Positions 34,167 to 43,876 of a stretch of 64,000 nucleotides of DNA are shown in pieces. The position numbers were made by a program, and so were the translations under genes. How positions within the stretch are numbered: position 1 is the stretch's first letter; every line of letters begins with the position of its first letter. This DNA comes from Candidatus Gottesmanbacteria bacterium. GTDB taxonomy: Bacteria; Patescibacteriota; Microgenomatia; UBA10105; UBA927. The notes beneath the pieces were generated by a model. It was given only the letters and a program-made list of their open reading frames with translations. It was not told the DNA's origin and searched no databases. The stretch covers positions 134,725-198,724 of the forward strand of contig JACRMP010000005.1 of the NCBI GenBank assembly GCA_016214885.1, given 5' to 3'.

Positions 34167-36173
34167 GTGACCCACATACACCTTTTCTGGACCACATCGT
34201 TAAGCGCGGTGCTGTTCGCCGCCATTTTATTGGGAGATGCCCGCCAGTCAGTGGTTGATGTTTTTATGGCCGGCACGGTTATTGCGGGGTTTTTTGCTCT
34301 ATGGAAAACCGCCTCATTCCGCAGGATGCCAAAAGAGGCTGTGATGTTGTGGGGGGCCGTTATTGTTATGGCAACGCCGTTTTTTTGGCCCAATAACATA
34401 GGAGGGGCAATACAGGGGTATATCAGGTACCTTTTGGGATTCATGGTGTTTGGTTTGTTGTACTCGGTGGCAACAAGAGGTGCTTCATGGTTATTAGAGA
34501 GGGTTTTGTTGGTTGTTGGGGTTGCCGTATCTATATTTACCGTGTTATTTTTGTTTATCCCCCACCCGCCATGGCTTCCCCTTATGAATCTTCTTTATCC
34601 ATCATATGGGCACAATCACGCCGCGGATATTCTCCTGTTTGTGCTCCCGCTGGTTCTTTACACCAAAGAACTGAATGGTCGGGTGCGGACCGCTCTTTGG
34701 ATTGTAGTGCTTTGCGGTTTGGTTTTTTCATTTGCGCGAGGCGCGTGGGTTTTAGCGGCACTTTTTGGTGTGTGGGCGTTTTTGTTTTCCGGTATAAGGA
34801 GGCAAAGAAAAATTTTATTATCCGGTGTCGTTTTTGTGCTCGCCCTTGTATTCGTTGGCGCTTCTGCGACAAACAACTGGACGCGAAACGTACGCGGAAA
34901 GCTTGTAGATTCCCCCGCGATCCACAGGGTGATTAATAAGGGAAGTCCTTTAAGTGACCCGAGGCTTGAATATTGGACGCAGGCACTTAAGATGATTCGT
35001 GAACGCCCTTTGTTTGGAAGCGGGCCGGGCAGTTTTTATTATGGCTCTCGTCGGCTGCAATCACAGCCATCCTTATACTCATGGTTTGCCCATTCTTTTG
35101 TTTTACAGACCCTCGCTGAACAAGGAATTATCGGGGCGCTTCCTGTGCTTGTTTTGTTTGGGTTGGTTCTGTGGCGCGCTGTTTGCGTCATCCTGCGTCA
35201 CCCGCCGGAACACAGTCCGTTGGGGCGCCTGAGTGTCGGTCTTTTGCTGGTTGCCGCCTATTCATTTATTGAGTTTAATTTAAGTTTTGCTGTTGTGTGG
35301 GCGCTGTTTTGGGCCGTAGCGGGTTTGATTTTCGGCGCGGAAAAAATTTATGAAGAACACAAAACCAACAACGGCCGGCAATTATTAGCCGCCCTCCTAT
35401 TGCTCCTGGTGTTTTATGTGTTGTTTATCGGACAAAGTGCGGCGCTGGTGATGTTTCCGAAGCGCGCCGACATTGCTTTTTATCTGACGCCATTTGACGC
35501 AGTAACCGCGCGGTATTATCTCACCTCCGGTGTTGTAACCCCTCGTGGCATTACGATGGTTGAGTCACTTCATGGGGCAGACCCCGAAACGTTACAGGTT
35601 GTTGCTGATGCGTGGAGGAAGTCCGGGTTTATGGGTAAATCTCTTTATACAAGAGGACAGATCCTTATTGCGGACCCACTTAATGAAGACAACCACAAAG
35701 AATATTTGAGTCAACTTGTTGAGTCGGCGCGGTACGATGAAGCGGCGGCCTGGTTTAGCCGTTACCCTTCTTTATTTTTCCCCGCCGCCGTTGGTGGGCG
35801 CGCAGTTAATGTTCCGGCTTTATATATAAAGGATTATCCACAGGAATATCAAAAACTATTTGAAAGTAAGTATTCACATGAGGTGCGGTATTCCCGCTTT
35901 TATTACAACCTCGGTCTGTGGTATCTTTCGACCGAGCCTGAAAAAACACGCGATCTGTGGGAGCTGGCGTCGCTGCTGCAGCCAAAACTAAGCTTTCTAT
36001 GGTTGGAAAGATTTTTTTTGGAGAAGCAGGTTTTTACCGATGAGATTGCTGCAAAAAAAATTATTGAAGAGTGTCTGAATAATCCGTCGGCTGCGAAGCA
36101 CTGCGGCGGGGTGAGCATCGAGAACCAGGTATATTTACCGGGCCACTACAAAACAGAAATTAATGAAAAATAG
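34167..36173 (+). CDS. O-antigen ligase / O-oligosaccharyltransferase-like membrane protein with C-terminal TPR-like domain
   Basis: Many TM helices; YGHNH, SFARGAW, RLEYW...ERPLFGSGPGSF...AHSFVLQTLAEQGIIG. GTG 34167 follows TGcTATAGT. Confidence 0.85.
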   Translation: MTHIHLFWTTSLSAVLFAAILLGDARQSVVDVFMAGTVIAGFFALWKTASFRRMPKEAVMLWGAVIVMATPFFWPNNIGGAIQGYIRYLLGFMVFGLLYSVATRGASWLLERVLLVVGVAVSIFTVLFLFIPHPPWLPLMNLLYPSYGHNHAADILLFVLPLVLYTKELNGRVRTALWIVVLCGLVFSFARGAWVLAALFGVWAFLFSGIRRQRKILLSGVVFVLALVFVGASATNNWTRNVRGKLVDSPAIHRVINKGSPLSDPRLEYWTQALKMIRERPLFGSGPGSFYYGSRRLQSQPSLYSWFAHSFVLQTLAEQGIIGALPVLVLFGLVLWRAVCVILRHPPEHSPLGRLSVGLLLVAAYSFIEFNLSFAVVWALFWAVAGLIFGAEKIYEEHKTNNGRQLLAALLLLLVFYVLFIGQSAALVMFPKRADIAFYLTPFDAVTARYYLTSGVVTPRGITMVESLHGADPETLQVVADAWRKSGFMGKSLYTRGQILIADPLNEDNHKEYLSQLVESARYDEAAAWFSRYPSLFFPAAVGGRAVNVPALYIKDYPQEYQKLFESKYSHEVRYSRFYYNLGLWYLSTEPEKTRDLWELASLLQPKLSFLWLERFFLEKQVFTDEIAAKKIIEECLNNPSAAKHCGGVSIENQVYLPGHYKTEINEK

Positions 36174-37218
36174 GCCGTTTTTAAACGCATTCAAGAACAG
36201 CAGAAGCATAGCGGTCATCGGTGTTAAAGGAATTCCCCCGGAGTTTCCCGGAACAAGCGGGGTCGAGTTCTATGTGTCACCACGCCTGCCCTTTCTGGCC
36301 GCAGCGGGCGCGAAAGTCGTTTGCTATGTGCGGAATTGGGCAACCCCGCGTCATATAAAAACTCACAATGAGGCCGTCCTTGTCCATCTTCCCAGTGTAT
36401 CCACGCTTTACTTTGATGCGGTGAGCCATTCGTTTCTTGCGACGGTTCACGCGTGTTTTTCGCAGGTAGACACGGTTTGGTATCAGGCTGCGGGACCTGC
36501 AATGTTTTCTTTTTTACCCAGGATCTTCGGTAAAAAAGTTGTGGTTACACTACACACCCTCGAGTGGAAGCGGAAAAAATGGGAAGGGGTTGGCGGGGCT
36601 ACACTTTTGTTTGCCGAAAGGGTTGCTGTTCACAGTGCGCACGAATTGTTAGTGGTATCTCGGGAGTTGGCGCGCTATTGCCAGAGTGTGTACAGCCGCG
36701 ACTGCTATATAGACACCCCGTTAGCACACCCTCCCCGCCGAGTACCGGCGAAAATTATTTCAGACAAATATGGCCTTCATAAAGACAGGTTTGTTTTATA
36801 TTTAGGAAGGTTTGTTCCCGAGAAGCGGATAGAGTGGCTTATAAGAGCTTTCCAAAAAACTTCCCGTGCCGGTATTCGGCTTGTGCTTGCCGGCGGCGCA
36901 CATCATATGGATAAGTATGCCGTCAGCCTCCGTAAGCTTGCCGGAAACGATGCGCGCATTTGCTTTGTGGGGTGGGTGTTTGGAAAAGAAAAAGAGGAGC
37001 TCCTTGCCAACTGCCTCCTTTTTGTCCTCCCTTCTTCGGTAGAAGGAAACCCCGTTGTGCTTTATGAGCTTCCCGATGACCGCAGGGCGCTTGTGTCTGA
37101 GGCGGTGGCGAGGTTGGTGACACACCGAGGCCGCCTCTCTACATTTCCTGAATCAGGTAAGTCGTTATTTGAGAAAAAACTGCGCGAGCTAATTAATGAT
37201 GATAGAATAAAGCATTAA
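36163..37218 (+). CDS. Glycosyltransferase family 4
   Basis: IGVKGIP..GVE, HTLEWKRKKW, YLGRFVPEKR, EGNPVVLYE. Confidence 0.88.
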   Translation: MKNRPFLNAFKNSRSIAVIGVKGIPPEFPGTSGVEFYVSPRLPFLAAAGAKVVCYVRNWATPRHIKTHNEAVLVHLPSVSTLYFDAVSHSFLATVHACFSQVDTVWYQAAGPAMFSFLPRIFGKKVVVTLHTLEWKRKKWEGVGGATLLFAERVAVHSAHELLVVSRELARYCQSVYSRDCYIDTPLAHPPRRVPAKIISDKYGLHKDRFVLYLGRFVPEKRIEWLIRAFQKTSRAGIRLVLAGGAHHMDKYAVSLRKLAGNDARICFVGWVFGKEKEELLANCLLFVLPSSVEGNPVVLYELPDDRRALVSEAVARLVTHRGRLSTFPESGKSLFEKKLRELINDDRIKH

Positions 37219-37415
37219 TGAAAATATTTACGCGTATCACCGCATATATACCCCGCATCATCACTGAGGTTTTTCTTACTCTCGCTTTTGTTTTGGGGGT
37301 GGGTGTTGTCTCCGTCGTGTTCCGTTTAGTTGGGCGCCGCATGCTTAAGTACAGCACAAAAAAATCCCTTTGGGAGGAGCCAACGGGAAGCAGCAGTCTC
37401 GCGAGAATGTATTAG
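37218..37415 (+). CDS. SxtJ-like small membrane protein
   Basis: 65 aa, one TM, RLVGRRML...SLW...RMY; immediately upstream of the carbamoyltransferase. Confidence 0.6.
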   Translation: MKIFTRITAYIPRIITEVFLTLAFVLGVGVVSVVFRLVGRRMLKYSTKKSLWEEPTGSSSLARMY

Positions 37416-37418
37416 CGT

Positions 37419-39116
37419 ATGAACATACTGGGAATTTCCTGTTATTACCATGATAGCTCGGCGGTTCTGATTCAGGACGGCAAGATTGTTGCGGCTGTTG
37501 CAGAAGAACGCCTCAGCCGTAAAAAACACGACAACGATTTTCCTGAGCGGGCAATCAGATTTTGTTTTGATTGGGCACACACGGATGGGCGCGGGATTGA
37601 TGCAGTAGCATTTTACGAAAAACCCCTGGTTAAGTTTGAGCGCGTGCTCGCACAGCACATAGATGCTTTTCCTTTGGGAGCGAAAGCGTTTCGCGAAAAC
37701 ATCGGATCCTGGTTTTCCCGTAAGCTTAAAATTAAAGAAACGCTTCGGAAAAAGTTTGGTTATGAGGGAGAGGTTCTTTATATCCCTCACCACCTGTCCC
37801 ATGCCGCCAGCGCCTTTTATCTTTCCGGGTTTGATAAGGCCGCTGTGGTAACTATTGACGGTGTCGGCGAATGGGCAACAACAACAATGGGCATGGGAGA
37901 CGGAATCCGTGTAAATGTGGAGAGGGAGATACGATTCCCCCACTCTCTTGGACTCCTTTATAGCGCGGTCACTTCGTATTTGGGTTTTGAGGTAAACGAT
38001 GCAGAGTATAAGGTCATGGGGTACGCCGCCTACGGAAACCCCCAGACATACAGGGAGCAATTTTCCCAACTGATTACACTTCATAAGGACGGCAGCTTCT
38101 CGCTTGCCATGGATTATTTCACCTATGTGTGGTCGGACAGGATGTATAACAAAAAGCTTGAACAGCTTTTTAACCTCCCCACCAGACAAAAGGAGTCGGG
38201 CGTGCAGCAGGAATATGCGGACATTGCCGCAGGTCTTCAGCGCGTCCTGGAGGACTCGGTGGTGAATTTGTTGGTTGCGGTACACAAGAAGCATCCTGTG
38301 AACGCGCTGTGTTTAGCCGGGGGTGTAGCATTAAATTCGGTAATGAACGGAAAATTGCTAAAACGCACCCCGTTTAAGCAACTATATATCCCCCCTGATC
38401 CTGGCGACGGAGGGGGTGCCATGGGTGCGGCCATGTACGCGTATGTGCAAAAAGCAAAAAAATCCATATGCGGAGACTTTTTCCCCAACTTGGGACCCTC
38501 GTATCCTACGGAACAGATAATCGGCACACTGGAGAGCTTCGGATTAATTTATGAGGAGGCAGAGAGTGATGCGGCTCTTGTTGACGTTGTTTCCGGGTTT
38601 CTTGCCGAAGGAAAAGTGATCGGTTGGTTTCAGGGGCGCGTGGAATGGGGCCCCAGGGCGCTGGGGTTCAGGAGTATTCTGGCGAACGCAGGAAAAACAG
38701 AAATGAAGGATGTCATCAATGCAAAAATTAAACACAGGGAGCTTTTCCGGCCGTTTGCACCCGTTATTATGGATAAGTATGTGTATGATTATTTTTTGGC
38801 AGACAGCAGGCTGTCAGAATCGACAAAATACATGCTGATGGTTTACCCGTTTACACCCAAGGGAATTAAAAGGGTGCCTGCAACGGTTCATGTGGACGGA
38901 ACCGGCAGGCTTCAAGTGATAACCAGAAAAGACAATCCGTTATATTACGATCTAATCGACGCATTTAGAAAGAAAACAGGAACACCGGTTATCCTTAACA
39001 CCTCCTTTAACGTCCGGGGGGAGCCTATTGTGGCAAGCCCCAAAGATGCCGTAGAATGTTTCTTAAAGACAGATATAGACTATTTGGTTTTAGGAAAATA
39101 TATTATTAAAAAATAA
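37419..39116 (+). CDS. NodU/CmcH-family carbamoyltransferase
   Basis: LGISCYYHDSS, EERLSRKKH, HHLSHAASAF, DGVGEW, EYKVMG, GGVALN, EWGPRALG, RELFRPFAP, HVDGTGR, LNTSFNVRGEPIV. Confidence 0.95.
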   Translation: MNILGISCYYHDSSAVLIQDGKIVAAVAEERLSRKKHDNDFPERAIRFCFDWAHTDGRGIDAVAFYEKPLVKFERVLAQHIDAFPLGAKAFRENIGSWFSRKLKIKETLRKKFGYEGEVLYIPHHLSHAASAFYLSGFDKAAVVTIDGVGEWATTTMGMGDGIRVNVEREIRFPHSLGLLYSAVTSYLGFEVNDAEYKVMGYAAYGNPQTYREQFSQLITLHKDGSFSLAMDYFTYVWSDRMYNKKLEQLFNLPTRQKESGVQQEYADIAAGLQRVLEDSVVNLLVAVHKKHPVNALCLAGGVALNSVMNGKLLKRTPFKQLYIPPDPGDGGGAMGAAMYAYVQKAKKSICGDFFPNLGPSYPTEQIIGTLESFGLIYEEAESDAALVDVVSGFLAEGKVIGWFQGRVEWGPRALGFRSILANAGKTEMKDVINAKIKHRELFRPFAPVIMDKYVYDYFLADSRLSESTKYMLMVYPFTPKGIKRVPATVHVDGTGRLQVITRKDNPLYYDLIDAFRKKTGTPVILNTSFNVRGEPIVASPKDAVECFLKTDIDYLVLGKYIIKK

Positions 39117-39117
39117 T

Positions 39118-39261
39118 ATGTGGAAAGACTTGGTTCAGTTCATCTGGGAAAATAAAAAATGGTGGATGATTCCTCCGGTAATCATACTTATTCTCTTCGG
39201 TATTCTGATTTTTGTAACCACTGCCACCCCCGTGAGCCCGTTCATCTATATGCTGTTTTAA
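39118..39261 (+). CDS. DUF5989/SxtK-like small membrane protein
   Basis: Not in ORF track. MWKDLVQFIWENKKWWMIPPVIILILFGILIFVTTATPVSPFIYMLF* (47 aa) with KKWW and PFIY-x-LF signatures. Confidence 0.85.
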   Translation: MWKDLVQFIWENKKWWMIPPVIILILFGILIFVTTATPVSPFIYMLF

Positions 39262-39345
39262 TTGTCAGTCTCCCCTTTTGTGTTTTTTGTCCGGCATAGT
39301 ACACTACGGAGGAATCTTTCCTGTATGGGAGAAGTCCAGTTTTTA

Positions 39346-39747
39346 ATGAATAATGCTCGTATGAAAATTCTCAGATTGCCGCAATTTCTTGACGATGCAA
39401 GACTTTTGTCGACACAGAACGCGTCGGTTATTCCTTTTTCAATCAGGCGGGTATTTATAATATGTGACGTTCAGGCCGACACCCTGCGGGGTAAGCACGC
39501 ACACAAAAAAACGAAACAGGCGATGTTTTGTATCCAGGGCTCTGTGCACGTCCGGTTAAGCGACGGGAAGAAAAAAAGAGTGTATCGGCTGACCGACCCC
39601 CGTCGGGGTATTTTTATTGACCGCCTCGTATGGTCGGAAATGTATAATTTCAGTTCCGATGCAATACTCATGGTTTTTGCCTCAGATTATTATAAAGAGG
39701 GTGATTATATACGTGATTATAAAAATTTTCTTAAATTAATAAAATGA
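39346..39747 (+). CDS. fdtA: dTDP-4-keto-6-deoxyhexose 3,4-ketoisomerase (FdtA/QdtA cupin)
   Basis: IPFSIRRVF, RGKHAHK, WSEM..FS..AILMVFAS..Y...DYIRDY. Start uncertain (39325-39361). Confidence 0.85.
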   Translation: MNNARMKILRLPQFLDDARLLSTQNASVIPFSIRRVFIICDVQADTLRGKHAHKKTKQAMFCIQGSVHVRLSDGKKKRVYRLTDPRRGIFIDRLVWSEMYNFSSDAILMVFASDYYKEGDYIRDYKNFLKLIK

Positions 39748-40853
39748 AACAACGTATAGTCATGAATGATTTTTCTCGGGAATACAGGGATCTTGGCAAG
39801 CCTCTCATAAAAAAACTGGATTCATTTTTAGCTGCTGGCCAATACATACTTGGTCCCAATGTAGCAGCTTTTGAACGCGGGTTTGCGCGACACCTCGGAT
39901 CAAAATACTGTGTCGGGGTTGGTAACGGCCTTGAAGCAATTCAGATTGCTCTCATGGGGCTTGGAGTTGGAAAGGGCGACGAGGTGATTACCGTGTCTAA
40001 TTCTGATGTTGCAACCGCCCTTGCGATTCTTTATGCCGGAGCTACTCCCGTATTTATCGATGTGGATGAGTATTATCATTTGGATCCTAAATTGCTTGAG
40101 CGGGCCATCACAAAGCGCACAAAAGCTATTTTACCGGTTCACTTGTTTGGTCAGGCTGCTGACATGTCTGCAATTTTAGATGTCGCAAAAAAACACAAGT
40201 TAATGATTGTAGAAGATGCCTGTCAGGCACACGGGGCAACATATAAGGGAAAATATGCCGGTACATTCGGAACAGCCGGATGTTTTAGTTTTTATCCCAC
40301 TAAAAATCTTGGTGCGGCTGGTGACGCAGGCGCAATAGTAACGGATAATAAAGCACTTTACGAAAAATGCCTGATGCTCCGGAACAGGGGGGCAAAAAAA
40401 AGATGTGTTCATGTGCTGCGGGGCTTGAATAGCCGGCTTGATGAACTGCAGGCGGTCATTCTTCGCCATAAGCTCCCCCGCTTGAGGGCGGCGAACAAAA
40501 GGAGGAGAGAGGTAGCGGCCAGGTATATTTCACTTCTTTCCGGTGTTGCCGGAGTCGGGTTACCAGGAGAGAGACAGGGTGCTCGGCACGTCTATCATCA
40601 GTTTGTAATCTCTGTACCCCATCGCGATAAACTGATGAAATATTTGTCTATGCACGGTGTGGATTCATTGGTTCATTATCCTGTTCCCATACATTGGCAG
40701 GAATCATTTTCAGGGTTCAGAAATACGCATCTTCCAAAAACAGAAAGGTACACGAAGGAGATGCTTTCTCTCCCTGTGCATCCGTATATGACGGAAGCAC
40801 AGGTCGACGCTGTAGCCGGTTTAGTTAAAAAATTCTTTTGTAATAAGAAATAA
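39744..40853 (+). CDS. DegT/DnrJ/EryC1/StrS aminotransferase (FdtB-like)
   Basis: PVHLFGQ, EDACQAHGA, FSFYPTKNLGAAGDAG, NSRLDELQA. Confidence 0.92.
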   Translation: MKQRIVMNDFSREYRDLGKPLIKKLDSFLAAGQYILGPNVAAFERGFARHLGSKYCVGVGNGLEAIQIALMGLGVGKGDEVITVSNSDVATALAILYAGATPVFIDVDEYYHLDPKLLERAITKRTKAILPVHLFGQAADMSAILDVAKKHKLMIVEDACQAHGATYKGKYAGTFGTAGCFSFYPTKNLGAAGDAGAIVTDNKALYEKCLMLRNRGAKKRCVHVLRGLNSRLDELQAVILRHKLPRLRAANKRRREVAARYISLLSGVAGVGLPGERQGARHVYHQFVISVPHRDKLMKYLSMHGVDSLVHYPVPIHWQESFSGFRNTHLPKTERYTKEMLSLPVHPYMTEAQVDAVAGLVKKFFCNKK

Positions 40854-40867
40854 TCATTGACATCAGC

Positions 40868-41584
40868 ATGTATAAGACCAGCATTTCAGTGTTTTTCCCC
40901 TGTTATAATGACGCCAAAAGCATAGGACGACTTGTATTAGACGCGCAAGAAATCCTTACCACCCTTGTAAGCGATTGGGAAATAATTGTGGTAAATGACG
41001 GATCTACCGACGAAAGCATGATGGTTTTGGAGAAGCTTCGTCTGACAGTTCCGCGGTTGAGAATTATAAACCACGTTAAAAATAAGGGGTATGGAGCAGC
41101 GCTAAGAAGTGGTTTTGCCGCAGCCCGCAAATCGCTTGTTTTTTATACTGACGGAGACGGTCAATACTCCGTGAAAGAGCTTGGTATTCTTCTTCCTCTT
41201 ATGACCGGCGAGATAGATTTTGTAAACGGGATAAAAATGAGCCGCAAGGATCCCACGTATCGGATCTTCCTTGGTAATTGGTACAGCCTGGTGGCCCGGT
41301 GGATGTTTTGGCTACCAATTTATGACGTGGACTGCGATTTTCGTCTGATCCGCCGCCGGGTTCTTAAAAAAATGTCACTTTTCAGCAGCAGCGGATCCAT
41401 TTGTATCGAACTGGTGAAAAAAGCAGAGTTGTCCGGTGCGCGATTCAGGCAGGTATCTGTGCATCACTACGAACGAAAATACGGATCCTCACATTTTTTC
41501 CGTATAGACCGGCTTTTTTATACATTATGTCAGGTAATTATTTTGTGGATTCAAATTTGGGTCAAGTATTTTTTCAAAAAATAG
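40868..41584 (+). CDS. GT2 glycosyltransferase (polyprenol-phosphate sugar synthase-like)
   Basis: FPCYND, VNDGSTD, NKGYGAAL, TDGDGQY, DVDCDFRL. Confidence 0.88.
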   Translation: MYKTSISVFFPCYNDAKSIGRLVLDAQEILTTLVSDWEIIVVNDGSTDESMMVLEKLRLTVPRLRIINHVKNKGYGAALRSGFAAARKSLVFYTDGDGQYSVKELGILLPLMTGEIDFVNGIKMSRKDPTYRIFLGNWYSLVARWMFWLPIYDVDCDFRLIRRRVLKKMSLFSSSGSICIELVKKAELSGARFRQVSVHHYERKYGSSHFFRIDRLFYTLCQVIILWIQIWVKYFFKK

Positions 41585-41654
41585 TTTATTCACGCGGATG
41601 CATTTTGCCATTGGTTTTTATCTGTCAAATGTATAAATAACACCTCAAATTGCC

Positions 41655-42698
41655 ATGCGTAGATTCATATACATAGTTTGTTTAGCCGCCGTTTCGTTAA
41701 CAGCCACAATAGCAGTATTAGAATTGAGCCTGAAAGCTATCAGGTACAAACCACGTGCTGTTTGGTGGCAATGGGTTACTAATCCCGACAATCAAAAATT
41801 TGTTCTTGATACCCGGAGAATTTATCGATTAAAAAAAGGGGTTATTGTGGATTTCGAGGAGAATACCCCCGTGCAGACGATTAACGCCGAAGGTTGGCGC
41901 GCCTCCCCCTGCGCGCAGGGGTCGGAAACCTGGTTATTTGTCGGCGATTCGTTTGTTTACGGCCACGGTGTGGATGATCAGCAAACATTCCCGGCGTATG
42001 CTTATAAAGCAATGATGGATCACGGGAAACCGGTGTGTACGGTAAACGCGGGTGTGCAGGGGTATTCCCTTGGTCCGTCATATGTTGCGTTTCGGGAAGC
42101 GCTTGTAAGGGTAAAACCCGACGTAGTAGTGTGGGGCATCCGTTCGGATGATTTTCTGGATTCGGCACAAAATGGTGTGATATCGGTGAATAAAGACGAT
42201 GTTATAGTTCGGGGCGCGTGGACAAGCGGCGTGTTTCTTCAGGGGGTATTAAATAAGACTGTTGGAAGAATATTCCCCCATAGCCTGCTATTAAATGCGC
42301 TCATGTACGTTTTGCAGGCAGACAGGACGGATAATCGGTATATAGCGGAGCAAATGCGCACGCTCCCCTTTTTCTTATCGCATATGCGAGCGCTTTCACA
42401 AAAGCATTTGTTTACGCTGTATTATGTTATTACGCCTTCTCAGTCCGTCGTTATTGATCCAACAAGGAGCGATAATCCCGAGGGCGCGGTGTATGCGCCA
42501 TTGCGGCAGGCGCTGCGGACAAACGGCGAACCGTTTTTGGACATGAACGCCGTTTTGTCGCCGGTGTATCTTACTCATCTTAAAAAAATTGTGGGTATAG
42601 AAAGCGATAAAATTTTTCAAACAGACGGGCATCTAACCGCAAGCGGCAACAAACTTATGGGAAAACTGTTTTATGATGCTACTTATGCCGGGAGGTAG
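41655..42698 (+). CDS. Membrane-anchored SGNH/GDSL hydrolase-family protein
   Basis: N-terminal TM; GDSFVYG, NAGVQGY, DGHLTASGN. Confidence 0.85.
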   Translation: MRRFIYIVCLAAVSLTATIAVLELSLKAIRYKPRAVWWQWVTNPDNQKFVLDTRRIYRLKKGVIVDFEENTPVQTINAEGWRASPCAQGSETWLFVGDSFVYGHGVDDQQTFPAYAYKAMMDHGKPVCTVNAGVQGYSLGPSYVAFREALVRVKPDVVVWGIRSDDFLDSAQNGVISVNKDDVIVRGAWTSGVFLQGVLNKTVGRIFPHSLLLNALMYVLQADRTDNRYIAEQMRTLPFFLSHMRALSQKHLFTLYYVITPSQSVVIDPTRSDNPEGAVYAPLRQALRTNGEPFLDMNAVLSPVYLTHLKKIVGIESDKIFQTDGHLTASGNKLMGKLFYDATYAGR

Positions 42699-42793
42699 TA
42701 TTTACTATATGGATCTTGTTGGGCGCGGACAGCATTATCTATTACATTACTCTACGGCGGGCAAAAAATAACGCGTAGGCTTATTTACGCGTC

Positions 42794-43843
42794 ATGCTTA
42801 TGAAGCAGTATTCCTTCAGGGTTAAAGCTGTAGCAGGACTTTTGATAGTTCTGGAGAGCCTTGTGCTAATAGGTGCGCTTGGATATTTTGTTTACGTCAA
42901 ATCTCAATCGTATGGATTGGGAGCGGGTGTTTCCCGAATAAATAAAGAAAATGTTGTTTTTCGGCCGGGTGAGCGCCTTAAATTTTTTTATGAATGGGAA
43001 GCCCATCAAACCATTGTCTATGAGCGGTCCTGGCTTCCTCAGGTCTTTGAAACCAAAACAAACAGCGACGGGCTGATATCTCCGGTTGATTATGAGCCAT
43101 CAAAGCCGCCTGACGTATACCGAATTTTGGCTATAGGCGATTCCTTTGTGGAGGGTCCGTTTGTTGAGCCTGGTGAAGCCTATCCAAGACAACTGGAAGC
43201 GCTGTTAAATGCATCAGATGCCTGTAAAGCCGTGCGCACATATGAAGTGCTTAATCTGGGTGTTGGCGGTTATGACATAGAATATGCAGGCGCCCGACTC
43301 TTATCCAAGGGCATAAAGTACAACCCCGATGTAATTATATGGTTTCTTAAAAATGATGACTTTATTGAACGATCAGACATAAACTTTATCAGAGAACAAA
43401 AATATATAGAGTTTGTAAATAACACTCTGGGAGGTGATATAGAAAAATTTGCTCCTTATAAGAAATGGCTGAATCAGATCGGAGATACAAAAAACGTCAG
43501 TCAAATCATACACGGAGTAGTTGTGGGTGAGCAGGTAGAAGAAGAGGCTCACAAATTATATTTCAAAGAACAGAACGATATGATTAACGAAGTTGCAAGT
43601 GTAATAAAGCTGCCGATTATCCTTGCCACATTTTCTGATACGGATGCAATCTTTAAAGCAAGAATGAGATTGTGGGCAAACTATCACGAGAATATGCATT
43701 TCTTTGATAAAATACCCGCGCTAAAATCCGGAGATGAGACATTTGACCCTCATGACGGACACCCGAACAGCAGCGGGTATCGGGTGATAGCAAATAGCCT
43801 GTTTGACGAGTTAGTAAATAACGGCTTTGTGTGTAGAGATTAA
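42794..43843 (+). CDS. Membrane-anchored SGNH/GDSL hydrolase-family protein
   Basis: N-terminal TM; GDSFVEG, NLGVGGY, DGHPNSSGY. Confidence 0.85.
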   Translation: MLMKQYSFRVKAVAGLLIVLESLVLIGALGYFVYVKSQSYGLGAGVSRINKENVVFRPGERLKFFYEWEAHQTIVYERSWLPQVFETKTNSDGLISPVDYEPSKPPDVYRILAIGDSFVEGPFVEPGEAYPRQLEALLNASDACKAVRTYEVLNLGVGGYDIEYAGARLLSKGIKYNPDVIIWFLKNDDFIERSDINFIREQKYIEFVNNTLGGDIEKFAPYKKWLNQIGDTKNVSQIIHGVVVGEQVEEEAHKLYFKEQNDMINEVASVIKLPIILATFSDTDAIFKARMRLWANYHENMHFFDKIPALKSGDETFDPHDGHPNSSGYRVIANSLFDELVNNGFVCRD

Positions 43844-43876
43844 TGCAGTATTTTATGCACGCCGTGAATATTCATT

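Noticed and set aside
37218-39261. Saxitoxin biosynthesis cluster
   Set aside because: Only the generic sxtI/J/K-like cassette is present; there are no sxtA/sxtG-like core genes and the context is glycan synthesis.
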